From the NCBI GenBank assembly GCA_963768855.1, contig CAVYJM010000012.1, positions 1-64,000 of the forward strand: a stretch of DNA of 64,000 bases, in the 5' to 3' direction. Below are positions 9,030-18,876 of the stretch, piece by piece (positions within the stretch are counted from its first letter, which is position 1; every line of letters starts with the position of its first letter). This DNA comes from an uncultured Thermoplasmata archaeon. GTDB lineage: Archaea > Thermoplasmatota > Thermoplasmata > RBG-16-68-12. A program made the position numbers and the translations under genes. The notes beneath the pieces were generated by a model. The model saw only the letters and a list, made by a program, of their open reading frames with translations. It did not search any database and was not told where the DNA came from.

Positions 9030-9186
9030 CCGTGGCGCCAAGCGGGGTTGGTTCAATAAAGCTTCCGACCGACGGGAGGCCGGCCCTCCCCGGCGTGAGT
9101 TTCACCCCCGATAGCGAAACGCATAGCGTTAAGTCGGGCGCCGCCGGATGGGACACTGTATGCGCGGGCTGGGCTGGGTCCTCCTC

Positions 9187-9693
9187 ATGGCGCACGAGGA
9201 GGACGACCTTCTCAAGTCCCTCCTCTTCGGCAAGCAGAGGGAGCTCGAGGAAGGGCGGACGTACCTCACGAAGGAGAAGAAGCCCGAGCGCGCGCTCGCC
9301 TACTTCCAGCGCGCCATCGAATCCGGGTTCCGGCCGTTGTACGTCACTCGACAGCATCCCAACCACGTGCCGCGCGCTCACGCCGGGAAGGAGATCCGCG
9401 TCGTCTGGCTGTCGACCACGCTCGGGAAGGACTACGTCGATCCGCACAACCTGAACAGCCTCACAAACCTCGTGAGCAACTTCGTATCCGATGGTCCGAG
9501 GGCCGTGATCCTCCTGGACGGCCTCGAGTATCTCATGATCAACAACGACTTCCCGCGCATCCTTCACTTCCTGGAGTACGTCAACGAGCAGGTCGCGATG
9601 AAGCGCGCGATCCTCCTCCTGAGCGTGGACGACCGCGCCTTCGAGCCGAAGGAGCTCGCCCTCATCGAGCGGAACACGGTCACCGTCGAGTGA
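9187..9693 (+). CDS. stand-alone DUF835 domain protein
   Basis: LYVTRQHP, VVWLS, VDPHNL, VILLDGLEYLMINNDF, ILLLSVD, ELALIER match DUF835. Confidence 0.85.
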   Translation: MAHEEDDLLKSLLFGKQRELEEGRTYLTKEKKPERALAYFQRAIESGFRPLYVTRQHPNHVPRAHAGKEIRVVWLSTTLGKDYVDPHNLNSLTNLVSNFVSDGPRAVILLDGLEYLMINNDFPRILHFLEYVNEQVAMKRAILLLSVDDRAFEPKELALIERNTVTVE

Positions 9694-9735
9694 GCCAGAG
9701 CCTTTATACCGCGGTCCTCCATCGGCGCCCCCTCC

Positions 9736-11532
9736 ATGTTCGAGATCCTCGACCGCGGGGGGCTCGGTCGGATCGGACGCTGGGTCTACGACGGGCGTGA
9801 GCTGCGCACGCCCATGGTCCTGTTCGTCCACCGGGCGAGGGCGCCCGCACCCGCCTTCGCGGAGGCCCTCCTCGTCTCCGATCGAGTCGAGGATCCGAGT
9901 CCCCAGATCGGGGTCCGCGGCAGCCTCTTCGCCCCTCGATTCCCGGAGTCGCCCTGGGACCTGCCGCCGGGGAAGGGACTGCCGCGCTCCGTCGCCGAGA
10001 TCGAGCGCGCGGGGTCCGGGGCGTCGGGGCCGTTGGCTCTCTTGACCGCAGACCAGGACCGCGCGGGAGCCGCGGCCGCGGAAGCGGTTTTCTTGGCCAA
10101 CGGTCCGGAGTTCGCCCGCGATCCGCGGGACTTCGCGGCGGTCCTCTCGGGAGTTCGGGAGGAGGTCGGACCGGCGAAGGTCGTCGGCGTCACGGGCCTC
10201 GCGAGCCCCGCGAACCTCGCCCTCCTCATCTACGCGGGCGTCGACCTCGTCGATTCCAGCCGGGTCCTCCTCGACAGCGCGCGCGGGTTCTTTCACACCT
10301 CGGATGGATCCATCCCCGCGGGGGAGGCCGACCGGGACGCGTGCGGCTGCGCCGCCTGCGCCGCGGGTGAGGATCTGCGGGCGCACAACGAGCGCGCCCT
10401 GCACCGGGAGATGCTCCTGGTCCGCAACCATCTGCTCCACGGCCGGTTGCGGGAGCTCGTCGAGCGGCGCGTCGCGAACGATCCGTGGAACACCGCGGTC
10501 CTGCGCCATCTCGACCTGCGGCACGCGGACCTCCTGGAGTCCTACACGCCCGTGTCGGGCGGAGAGGTCCTCGCGTACTCCCACGAGTCCCTGACCCGAC
10601 CCGAGGTCGTCCGGTTCCGCGCCCGGGTCCGCGAGCGCTACGCGAAGCCGCCGTCCGCACGGGTCCTCCTCCTGCTGCCTTGCTCGGCCCGGAAGCCGTA
10701 TTCCTCGAGCCGGAGCCACCGCCGGTTCCGGGAGGCGATCCTCGCGTCCGGGAATCCCTCGGTCGTCCACGAGGTCATCGTGACCTCGCCCCTCGGGCTC
10801 ATCCCGCGCGAGCTCGAGCGCTTCTATCCCGCCCGGGCCTACGACATCCCGGTCACGGGCGACTGGAGTCGCGACGAGGCCGCGATGGTCTCCGGGGACT
10901 TGGGCGCGTATCTCGCGGCGAACCCGTACGACGCGGTCGTCGCGCACCTCGGCGCCGAGGCCGGGATTGTGAAGCAGGCTCTCCCGCAAGCGACGTTCAC
11001 CTCGGCGGGTCGGCCGACCTCGGACGAGTCCCTCGCGATCCTGACGAAGGCCCTTTCGGAGGTCGCGGCCCCGTTTCCGTCCGTGGCACGGGGCCGTCGC
11101 TTCCAGGAGGAGATGGGGAACCTCGCGCGGTTCCAGTTTGGAGAGCCGGGGCGGGCTCTCGTGGAGGGCGCCGAGTTCCGGGGCCGTTTCCCGAACGTCC
11201 ACGTTCGCAAGGACGGGTCTCAGGTCGCCATGTTCACGGAACGCGGGATGCTGTCCCTGACGCTCGAGGGAGGCCGGATCCTGTCCGCCGCGAACGCCTA
11301 CTGCATCGAGATCGAGGACTTCGTGCCGAAAGGGAACGTCTTCGCCGTCGGGGTCACTTCGGCATCACCCGAGATTCGGGTCGGCGACGATGCGGTTGTG
11401 CGGCACGCGATGGAGGTGAGGGCCGTCGGCACGGCCCGCATGAATGCCCGGGAGATGACCGACGCGGACCGGGGCGAGGCGGTCCACGTGCGCCACGCGC
11501 CCGTCCCAGCCGCTTCGTCTCCCATACCGTGA
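9736..11532 (+). CDS. arcS: archaeosine synthase subunit alpha (TGT-like + DUF5591 + PUA)
   Basis: GRIGRW N-terminus, LIYAGVDLVD, LLLPCSARKPYSSSRSHRRF, VTSPLGLIPRELE, YDIPVTGDW, C-terminal PUA domain (FAVGVTSASPEIRVGDD). Confidence 0.88.
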   Translation: MFEILDRGGLGRIGRWVYDGRELRTPMVLFVHRARAPAPAFAEALLVSDRVEDPSPQIGVRGSLFAPRFPESPWDLPPGKGLPRSVAEIERAGSGASGPLALLTADQDRAGAAAAEAVFLANGPEFARDPRDFAAVLSGVREEVGPAKVVGVTGLASPANLALLIYAGVDLVDSSRVLLDSARGFFHTSDGSIPAGEADRDACGCAACAAGEDLRAHNERALHREMLLVRNHLLHGRLRELVERRVANDPWNTAVLRHLDLRHADLLESYTPVSGGEVLAYSHESLTRPEVVRFRARVRERYAKPPSARVLLLLPCSARKPYSSSRSHRRFREAILASGNPSVVHEVIVTSPLGLIPRELERFYPARAYDIPVTGDWSRDEAAMVSGDLGAYLAANPYDAVVAHLGAEAGIVKQALPQATFTSAGRPTSDESLAILTKALSEVAAPFPSVARGRRFQEEMGNLARFQFGEPGRALVEGAEFRGRFPNVHVRKDGSQVAMFTERGMLSLTLEGGRILSAANAYCIEIEDFVPKGNVFAVGVTSASPEIRVGDDAVVRHAMEVRAVGTARMNAREMTDADRGEAVHVRHAPVPAASSPIP

Positions 11533-11611
11533 GTCCCCGTCTCCCCTCGAACCGGGGATGCCCGGCAAGCCATTATGTGCGCACCCGCCACTGTCCTTCC
11601 GGAGGGATATC

Positions 11612-12127
11612 ATGCGTCGTACCGGCTCGGCCCTTGGAGCGCTCCTGGTGTGGTTTCTGGCGTCCGTGATTGGGATGCTCGGGGTCGGATTCGTCGTCTC
11701 CGTCCTGGGAGTCCCCAGCCTGGCCGATCCGACGGGGATCTGGAGCGCGGGATGCATCTTCCTCGGGTTGGCATGGCTCGTGCTCGGCTTCCTCCTCGCG
11801 CCAAGCGTGGAGACCTTCATGAGCCCTGGAACGGGGGGGCGGGCTCCCCCCATCCTGTGGCCTGGGTCAGCCCGGCCGGAGCCCAACCAGGAGGTGATCG
11901 AGGACCTCGGGGAGAAGCTCTCGAGCGGGACCGATCTCGGGATCGCGACCGCAGCCTTGGGGGCGGTTCTCTTTCTCGTGGGCGTGATCTTCTACCTCGC
12001 ACCCGTGATGGGCCTCGTCGCCCTCGTGATCGTCTGCGCAGGCGTCGTCGGTATGCGGACCATCCCCCCGCACGGACGGGGTTCGGCGCGGACGCCCTCC
12101 AAAGACCGCGTCCCTCCGAACCCTTAA
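11612..12127 (+). CDS. hypothetical membrane protein (about 4 TM)
   Basis: GGAGG RBS before ATG 11612; four hydrophobic segments. Confidence 0.55.
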   Translation: MRRTGSALGALLVWFLASVIGMLGVGFVVSVLGVPSLADPTGIWSAGCIFLGLAWLVLGFLLAPSVETFMSPGTGGRAPPILWPGSARPEPNQEVIEDLGEKLSSGTDLGIATAALGAVLFLVGVIFYLAPVMGLVALVIVCAGVVGMRTIPPHGRGSARTPSKDRVPPNP

Positions 12128-12155
12128 GGGAGAGGCGGCTCATCGCGACGGGACC

Positions 12156-12404
12156 ATGGCGCTCCTGCCGGACCCCGCCACGGCGGGCCTGTACGCGGCG
12201 ATCGTGTTCCTCCTCACCCTCGGGGTCCTCGTGGTGTTCGTCGAGACGGTCCGGTTCTCGCGGTTCGTCGCGGTCGTCCTGGTATGCTTCGTCTCCGCGC
12301 TCGCCTTGATCCTGATGGGCGAACTGGGCCTCTCCCTGTCGTTCCTCGCATTCGGCGGGGCGTTCATCGCGAACCACGTGTTCGAGTGGCTAACGACCCG
12401 GTGA
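12156..12404 (+). CDS. small hypothetical membrane protein (3 TM)
   Basis: 82 aa, almost entirely hydrophobic, genome-like codon bias. Confidence 0.6.
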   Translation: MALLPDPATAGLYAAIVFLLTLGVLVVFVETVRFSRFVAVVLVCFVSALALILMGELGLSLSFLAFGGAFIANHVFEWLTTR

Positions 12405-12471
12405 TTCGGCCTACCTGCGGCAGGCCCAAGCAAGGTAGATGTTCCCGCCAGAAACTGACGGATCGGGAGAG

Positions 12472-12927
12472 ATGCGGATGAAGGAGCTCCGGTTGTCGCG
12501 ATCGTTCCTCGCGCTGAGTTGTGGGGTCCTGGCCGCCTCGACCTTGGCGGCCGCGGCCATGGTTCTCCTCGCGCCCGGCATGCAGGTTGCGCTCGGCGCT
12601 GCGCTCTTCTTCGGAGCTGCGGTCTGGGCGGTGCTCGCCTTCTTGGCTGGGGGGTTCGTCGGGACCTGGGAGGCGCCCACGTTGATCAGCAGCCTCACGG
12701 GAGTCGATCCTGCACACGTCACGGGCCTCCGGAAGAAGATGTCCGGCCCGCGGTCCGATGTCATGCTCTTCGCGGGGGCGAACGCCCTCCTTCTGTTCAT
12801 GTCGGCTGTCGTGATCAACCTCGTCGCACTCGGGGCCCTGTTCATCCTCCTCGGCGCCACACTGGCCACGGCGGTGCTATTGGTTGGGCCCGGCTCTCGG
12901 CACTCTGCGTCACGCTTGGGCCGCTGA
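12472..12927 (+). CDS. hypothetical membrane protein (about 4 TM)
   Basis: Two pairs of hydrophobic helices; GGAGAG before ATG 12472. Confidence 0.55.
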   Translation: MRMKELRLSRSFLALSCGVLAASTLAAAAMVLLAPGMQVALGAALFFGAAVWAVLAFLAGGFVGTWEAPTLISSLTGVDPAHVTGLRKKMSGPRSDVMLFAGANALLLFMSAVVINLVALGALFILLGATLATAVLLVGPGSRHSASRLGR

Positions 12928-13045
12928 GTACTTTCGCTCCTCCAGGGGGTTACTTTCACCCACCTCCCCTCGGTTCCGCGCTATATACGTCCTCGGTCAT
13001 CGGAGCGTCGTGGCAAGCGCAGCAAACACGACGGTGGTGAATGAC

Positions 13046-13135
13046 ATGATGAACTTCGAGGACACCAGCTGGCAGGACGTTTACGCGTCGTACGGGTGCT
13101 CCCTGTCCATGGACGCATCCGACGACGATGGCTAA
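13046..13135 (+). CDS. small acidic peptide (29 aa)
   Basis: MMNFEDTSWQDVYASYGCSLSMDASDDDG; TATATAC at 12982-12988, RBS GGTGGTGA at 13033-13040, 3' hairpin at 13157-13194. Confidence 0.5.
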   Translation: MMNFEDTSWQDVYASYGCSLSMDASDDDG

Positions 13136-13156
13136 GGCTCGCATCCATCCCATCCC

Positions 13157-13194
13157 GATCGGCGGGACGGGTCGCCTCGACGCTCCCGCCGGTC
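13157..13194 (+). terminator. GC-rich stem-loop downstream of the small ORF
   Basis: GATCGGCGGGA...TCCCGCCGGTC (one G-U pair), followed by CCTTATTTTT. Confidence 0.4.
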
Positions 13195-13275
13195 ACCCTT
13201 ATTTTTCGACTTGGACGATCCACGCCAGGCTCGCGCGGAAAGGTTAAAACGAATCTGCTCGCTTGCGCCGAGCGC

Positions 13276-13346
13276 GCGCGGGTAGTCTAACGGTAGGACA
13301 TAGGCCTTCCAAGCCTATGACGCGGGTTCAACTCCCGCCCCGCGCA
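13276..13346 (+). tRNA. tRNA-Gly (TCC)
   Basis: Acceptor GCGCGGG/CCCGCGC+A, anticodon arm TAGGC-CTTCCAA-GCCTA, T-arm GCGGG-TTCAACT-CCCGC; no intron, no encoded CCA. Confidence 0.96.
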
Positions 13347-13353
13347 TGGGCCG

Positions 13354-13572
13354 TCAGGCTTCGGCCTTCTCGGTTCCGCTGCGGAGCCGATTCGTGCTCT
13401 CGTTCACGAGGGCGTCCAGCTCGTTGATCGCGTCGACGAGCTCGCTCACGTCCTCGCCTGCGTTCTCCAGGTCGCGCGCAATGCCTCGAACGTCTCGAAG
13501 CGTGTGCTCGGCCAGCCAGTCGCGCGTCTGCTTCCGCATCTTGATCGGGTCGATCGGTCCCTTCTTCGGCAC
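13354..13572 (-). CDS. small helical hypothetical protein (72 aa)
   Basis: GTG start, amphipathic helical pattern, GC3-rich codons, AT-rich box (CTAAATA on minus strand) near 13620-13627. Confidence 0.55.
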   Translation of the reverse strand: MPKKGPIDPIKMRKQTRDWLAEHTLRDVRGIARDLENAGEDVSELVDAINELDALVNESTNRLRSGTEKAEA

Positions 13573-13675
13573 GGAATCCCATCCCTGTCCGACGACTGTC
13601 CGCCGAATGGCCGAAGCCCCTATTTAGCCCCATCGCGCCCGCTCACGCGCGTTGACAAAGCCCGCCCGCGCGTCA

Positions 13676-14455
13676 TCACGGCCCGCGGCGACGCCGGCCC
13701 AGCGCGAGGAACAGTAGCAGGGCGATCACAACGGGCACGGCGATCCAGAGGAAGGCGACGAGGATCTGCGAGCCCAGGTCGGGCGCCGCGGGTGCGGGAG
13801 AGGGTGAAGACCACGCGAGGCCGAAGACTCCCGCCAAGTCCCCGGTCACGACCCGGGCGACGAGGTACGCCGAAGTGTCCCGGGACGCGGGCAAGTCCAC
13901 GCCCACGGGCCCGGAGGCGACGACGTTCGTGGAGGTCACCGGGAGCAGCCGGTCGTCGTACACCTCGAGGGCGATCTCCTGGGCGTTCCCCAGGGAGACG
14001 ACGATCTCCACGTGGGCGCTCGCGGGGCGGAGAAACGCCACGATTGTCTCGTTGTCCGGGAAATTCTGGACGGAGCCGTCCGTGAAGTCCCACCCGAGCG
14101 CCGCACGGCCGTGACCTTCCAGATCGATCGAGTAGTTGCCGGGTGCGAGGGAGACCAGGGTTGCCGCCGATCCCGACTTATTGATCTGGGCTTCGGGAGT
14201 CCCGCCATAGGTGAGGGTGGCGTTCACGTAGCTCGAGGCGTCGTCCGTCGCCACGCCAAGGTAGTAGGTCCCGCCTTCGGACAGGGAGAGGGTCGTATTC
14301 GTTGAACCGTCCACCGTGAAGATGCCCGCTCCGTAGCCGGACGTCGGCAGCCCGCGAACGGGGTTGGCAAGCCCGGAGACCGCAACCGCGAGAGCGAGGA
14401 GGCACGCGGCCGCGGACAGTACAGGGGCTCGCACGCGGTCGGGAGCGGTTCGCAT
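13676..14455 (-). CDS. secreted, C-terminally membrane-anchored beta-rich protein
   Basis: Signal-like AAACLLALAVAVSGLA, Thr/Ser/Gly-rich beta strands with NxT/S sequons, Pro-rich linker, TM plus RRRRG tail. Confidence 0.65.
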   Translation of the reverse strand: MRTAPDRVRAPVLSAAACLLALAVAVSGLANPVRGLPTSGYGAGIFTVDGSTNTTLSLSEGGTYYLGVATDDASSYVNATLTYGGTPEAQINKSGSAATLVSLAPGNYSIDLEGHGRAALGWDFTDGSVQNFPDNETIVAFLRPASAHVEIVVSLGNAQEIALEVYDDRLLPVTSTNVVASGPVGVDLPASRDTSAYLVARVVTGDLAGVFGLAWSSPSPAPAAPDLGSQILVAFLWIAVPVVIALLLFLALGRRRRGP

Positions 14456-14619
14456 GAGTCGGCTCAGCCTCGGGGAGGCGACCCGCTCCCGGGCCAAGAA
14501 GGTTTCCTGGGCGGGCGCCATCTCCGGGTTTGACGATAGATATAAAGCGGCCTTGCACCATGTCGGCCATTTGTCAGACACGTCCCCGTCGTGGGACGTT
14601 GCAGGATGGGATGATAGGG

Positions 14620-17600
14620 ATGGCACTCCTCCCTGACCTCCTCGATCGCGAGGGGCGGGTCCTCGACCGGGCGAAGAGACTGGCGGAATCGGGCGACGCG
14701 CTGTTCGAGCGCGGATCGACGCGCCGCGCGATCACGGCGTACGAGCGCGCGCTGGGCGTGCTTGAATCGCAGATCGACACGCCGAAGCGGAAGACGGGAG
14801 AATGGTGCGACGCCTACGCCCGCGTGGGGGGCGGCGCCCTGCGCGTTGGCGCCGTGGAGGCCGCCGAGGTGGCCGCGGCCCGGGCCCTCACCCTGGACGA
14901 TTCGAGCGTCCGCGCCCTGGCCTGCCAGGGGGACGTCCTGACGGCGAAGGGCCGGGCGGCGGAGGCCTTGCCCTACTACGACGCCGCCTTGCGAATCAAT
15001 CCGAAGGCAAAGGGTGTGTGGGAACGGAAGGGCGACGCGCATGTCGCCCTCCAGCAGTCACCCGAGGCGATCCGCGCCTTCGTCCAAGCGGTCAACCTCC
15101 AGCCGGACGACGTCGAGGGGTACGCGCGGCTTCTCTCCCTGATCCCCAACGACGTGGACATGTGGATCCGGAAGGGCGATGCGAACCGGCGGCTCGGCCA
15201 GCACGAGGACGCGAACGAGGCGTACGACCGCGCGCTTCGCCTCGCCTCGGACCGGAAGGAGGCGCTCGAGGGGAAAGCCCAGGTCTACCTCGCCCTCAAC
15301 CAGACCGAACGCGCGCTGCGGTGCCTGGACCGGATTCTGCAGGTCGACCCCTACGACCCGGACGCGTGGCGCACCCGCGGCGAGGTGCTCGCCGCCGGCG
15401 GCAAGTCCGAGGAGGCGCTCCGCTCCTACGACGAGGCTCTCCGCAACCGGGATGGGGACCCGCGAACTTGGACGGCGAAGGCGCTCCTGTTGAGGAAACT
15501 GGGCCGCCATCTCGACGCCGTGGCAGCGTACGACCGGGCGGTTGCCCTCACCCCGAAGGTCCTCGAGCTCCACGTGGGCCGTCTGGAGTCCGTGCGCGCG
15601 CTCGCAAAGTGGGACGAGGTGATCAAGGAGTGTGGACGCGTCCTCGCCCTGGACCCGCGACACTCCGGCGCTCTCTTCACCCGTGCGGAGGCGTTCCTCG
15701 CGGCGGGACGGAAGGATGAGGCCCTGACCGCCCTGGACGAGTTCCTCGCCGTCGAGCCCCAGTCTTATGACGGATACGACTTGAAGCGCCAGCTCCTCCT
15801 CGGAGCGGAGCGGTGGTCCGACCTCGTGACCACCTGCGACGCGATGCTCTCGCTCCAGCCCCACAACCTCCGCGCGTTGAAGGACCGGGGTCGCGCTCTC
15901 CTTGCGCTGGGAAAGCCCGAGGACGCGCACTCGACCTTCGACCAGGTGCTCGTGCTCCAGCCGGACGACCTGGACGCCCTGCGCGGGGAGCGGGACGCGC
16001 TGCGCAGCGCGAAATCGCCGAAGATTCTCCTGCGGACGTGCGACGCGATCCTATCCCGCGACCCGAAGGACGCGGGCACCTGGATCGTGAAGGGGGAGGC
16101 GCACGCGACCCTCGACCAGAGGGCGGAGGCCCTCGAGGCCTACGAGAATGTCCTGCGCCTCGACCCCCGCAACGGCGGCGCCTGGGCGCACAAGGCCGCC
16201 CTCCTGCTCGCGCTCGAGAAGCATGACGAGGCCGTCCGGGCGTACGAAGCCGCCCTGGACGGGAATCCCGCGGATGCAGGCCTCTGGTACGACAAGGCCC
16301 GCGCCCAGTTCAAGCTCAAGGCGTTCGGGGATGCCGCCGACTCCCTCGACCGCGCGACGCGGTATGCGCCGAACGACGCGAAGACCTGGTTCCTCCTGGG
16401 CCTCTCCCTCCAAGGCGCGAAGCGGTTCGAACAGGCCGTGAGCGCCTTCGACCGCACGCTCGCCCTCGACGCGAAGCACGGGCGGGCGTTCTACGGCAAA
16501 GGGGTGTGCCTCCATGCCCTCAAGCGGTACGAGGAGGCCATCGCGGCCTACGGCCAAGCGACCGCTCTGGAGCCGACCCTCACGGTCGCGGCCGTTAACT
16601 TGGGGACCTGTCTCCTGGTCCTCCACCGGTACGAGGAGGCGCTCGCCGCCTTCAACCGGGTCCTCGCGATGGACCCGAAAGACCACGCCGCGACCCTGGG
16701 AACCTGCGACGCCCTCGAGGCGCTCGGGAAGGCTCCCGAGGCGCTCGAAGCGTGCGTCCGGCTCACCGCCCTCGATCCCAAGGATCTCGAGGCCTGGTCA
16801 CGGCGTGCCCGCCTGGCCCATGCCGCCGGGAACGAGAAGGACGCGCTCACCTCGATCAACCGGGCGACGGGCCTCGCTCCCGACCGCGCCGACCTGCTGC
16901 GGTTCAAGCGGGACATCCTGATCGCCTCGGACGCGCACAAGGCCGTCGTCGATGTGTGCAATCGCCTTCTCGAACTCGACCCGCGCGACGCGGACGCGGT
17001 GCGGGAGAAGGCGCTCGCCTACGAGCGCCTGGGGAAGGTCGATCTGGCCCTCGAGTCGTTCGACGTCGCGGCGCGGATCGATCCGATGGATCGCCGCCTC
17101 TGGAACGCGCGGGGTGGCGTCCTCGCACGCCTCGGCCGCTGGGACGACGCCCTCCAGGCGTTCGACCACACCCTGACCCTGAACCCGGGCGACCGTCACG
17201 CGATCGCCTCCAAGGGGAAGGCGCTCCTCGAGCTCGGCCGCGCGGCAGACGCGCTGAAGGTCTTCGAGGACGGTCTCGTCCTCGAGCACGACAACCTGGA
17301 CTTCCTCAACGGGAAGGCGGCCTGCGCGGCGGAGCAGGGCCACTACGACGACGCACTCTCGCTGGTCACGACCGTCTTCCAGAAGGATCCGAACAACTAT
17401 GACGCGTACCGCACGAAGGGCCTGTGTCTCCTGAAGACGGACCATGCCACGGACGCGCTCGTCTGCTTCGACATGGTCCTCAAGGCTCGGCCGGACGATG
17501 TCCACGTGCTGACCTGGAAGGGCGAGGCCCTCCAGGCCGCGGAGCGCCATCCGGACGCCCTGAAGGTGTTCGACGCCGCGCTCGATGCGGACTCCGGCTC

Positions 17601-18822
17601 GGCGGACGCCTGGCGCGGGAAGGGGATGGTCCACCTGAAGCTCGAGCAGTTCGCGGAGGCGGCGGACGCCCTCGCGCACGCCACGGAGGTGCGTCCCGGG
17701 GACAAGGCGCTCTGGTACATGCGCGGCTTCTGCGACGAGCGTTCCGGGAACTGGGAATCCGCGGCGGATGCCTACGACCACGCGACTCGCCTCGACGCGC
17801 GGGACAAGGCGTACTGGAACAGCAAGGCGCTCGCCCTCCTCCATCTGAAGCGCTTCGACGAGTCGCTCAAGGCGTTCGACGCGGCGCTCGCGCTCGACCC
17901 GAACTACGAGCCCGCGGCCCAGGGCCGCCAGACCGCCGAGATGCGATTGCACCTCGCGCAGGTCGAGGCGCACGCGGAGCGCGTCGTCCGGTTCGAGCAG
18001 CAGATGAAGCGGCCCGCGACCCGCGAGGAGATCTTCAAGTACTGCTCCGTCCCGCTCGAGAACCTCGACGAGGTCATCTCCTACGTGAACACGCCGGCGC
18101 CCCTCGCGCCGGAGAACATCTCCCCCGAGGACCTCCGGAAATACGAGGCCGTGGGCGCGAGCCTGCTCGCGCACCGCCCGGACCTGGACGCGATCCGCCT
18201 CACGGACGTGAGCTCGGCCCTGCCTCGCGTGGATCTCGAGGAGGCCCGGGAGATCTGGGGCTACCTCGATTGGATCCGGGACGCCCCGCTCGAGCCCACG
18301 CCAGAGTGGCACAACGACGAGCTGATCCGTCAGGCGCTCGACCTGCCGAAGGACGAGTGGAACCTCGTCGACCTCGCCAAGGAGCTCCGGCTTGGACCCT
18401 ACGAGGCGAAGAAGCTCGAGGTCTCCCTGAAGATCTTCCAGGGAGGCGGCTACCGCATCTCCACGACGGACGTTTCCGAGGGGCCGCGGCACAAGAAGGC
18501 GAAGCCCGAGGTCCGCCCCTCGACGCCGATCAAGGAGGCGAAGGAGGCGGCGGATGAGGACGAAGACGATGAGGACGAAGCACCCGAGCCGTCCGCCTCG
18601 AAGAAGGCCGCGAAGCCGAAGACCGAGGACGAGGGCCCGACGCGCTGCGCGGCGCACAAGCTCCTCGGGACGCAGAAGCACTCCTGCGGCACCTGGCTCT
18701 GCAAGGCCTGCATCGAGGGCGGTGCAGAATGCCCCGGGTGCCATGAGCCGCTCGCGGGCGCGCCCCACAAGGCCGTCGAGAAGCGTGAGGTCGACCCGGG
18801 AAGGGACTTCAGCCGCCTCTGA
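14620..18822 (+). CDS. very large TPR-repeat protein with C-terminal helical domain and Cys/His zinc-finger-like tail
   Basis: About 30 consecutive 34-aa TPR units (W..KG..L..LG..EEAL..YD.AL.LDP), acidic/basic linker, then CAAH...HSCGTWLCKAC...CPGCH. Confidence 0.9.
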   Translation: MALLPDLLDREGRVLDRAKRLAESGDALFERGSTRRAITAYERALGVLESQIDTPKRKTGEWCDAYARVGGGALRVGAVEAAEVAAARALTLDDSSVRALACQGDVLTAKGRAAEALPYYDAALRINPKAKGVWERKGDAHVALQQSPEAIRAFVQAVNLQPDDVEGYARLLSLIPNDVDMWIRKGDANRRLGQHEDANEAYDRALRLASDRKEALEGKAQVYLALNQTERALRCLDRILQVDPYDPDAWRTRGEVLAAGGKSEEALRSYDEALRNRDGDPRTWTAKALLLRKLGRHLDAVAAYDRAVALTPKVLELHVGRLESVRALAKWDEVIKECGRVLALDPRHSGALFTRAEAFLAAGRKDEALTALDEFLAVEPQSYDGYDLKRQLLLGAERWSDLVTTCDAMLSLQPHNLRALKDRGRALLALGKPEDAHSTFDQVLVLQPDDLDALRGERDALRSAKSPKILLRTCDAILSRDPKDAGTWIVKGEAHATLDQRAEALEAYENVLRLDPRNGGAWAHKAALLLALEKHDEAVRAYEAALDGNPADAGLWYDKARAQFKLKAFGDAADSLDRATRYAPNDAKTWFLLGLSLQGAKRFEQAVSAFDRTLALDAKHGRAFYGKGVCLHALKRYEEAIAAYGQATALEPTLTVAAVNLGTCLLVLHRYEEALAAFNRVLAMDPKDHAATLGTCDALEALGKAPEALEACVRLTALDPKDLEAWSRRARLAHAAGNEKDALTSINRATGLAPDRADLLRFKRDILIASDAHKAVVDVCNRLLELDPRDADAVREKALAYERLGKVDLALESFDVAARIDPMDRRLWNARGGVLARLGRWDDALQAFDHTLTLNPGDRHAIASKGKALLELGRAADALKVFEDGLVLEHDNLDFLNGKAACAAEQGHYDDALSLVTTVFQKDPNNYDAYRTKGLCLLKTDHATDALVCFDMVLKARPDDVHVLTWKGEALQAAERHPDALKVFDAALDADSGSADAWRGKGMVHLKLEQFAEAADALAHATEVRPGDKALWYMRGFCDERSGNWESAADAYDHATRLDARDKAYWNSKALALLHLKRFDESLKAFDAALALDPNYEPAAQGRQTAEMRLHLAQVEAHAERVVRFEQQMKRPATREEIFKYCSVPLENLDEVISYVNTPAPLAPENISPEDLRKYEAVGASLLAHRPDLDAIRLTDVSSALPRVDLEEAREIWGYLDWIRDAPLEPTPEWHNDELIRQALDLPKDEWNLVDLAKELRLGPYEAKKLEVSLKIFQGGGYRISTTDVSEGPRHKKAKPEVRPSTPIKEAKEAADEDEDDEDEAPEPSASKKAAKPKTEDEGPTRCAAHKLLGTQKHSCGTWLCKACIEGGAECPGCHEPLAGAPHKAVEKREVDPGRDFSRL

Positions 18823-18876
18823 GCCCGGAAGCTCCTCGCTCCCCCGCTTGTCCTCCGTTGCGGATCGGAAGCCGGC

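Noticed and set aside
7051-11202. 1383-aa minus-strand ORF in the track
   Set aside because: Only the last 418 aa (from 8307) are a real deaminase; the rest is off-frame or antisense to mtnP, DUF835 and arcS, a high-GC shadow.
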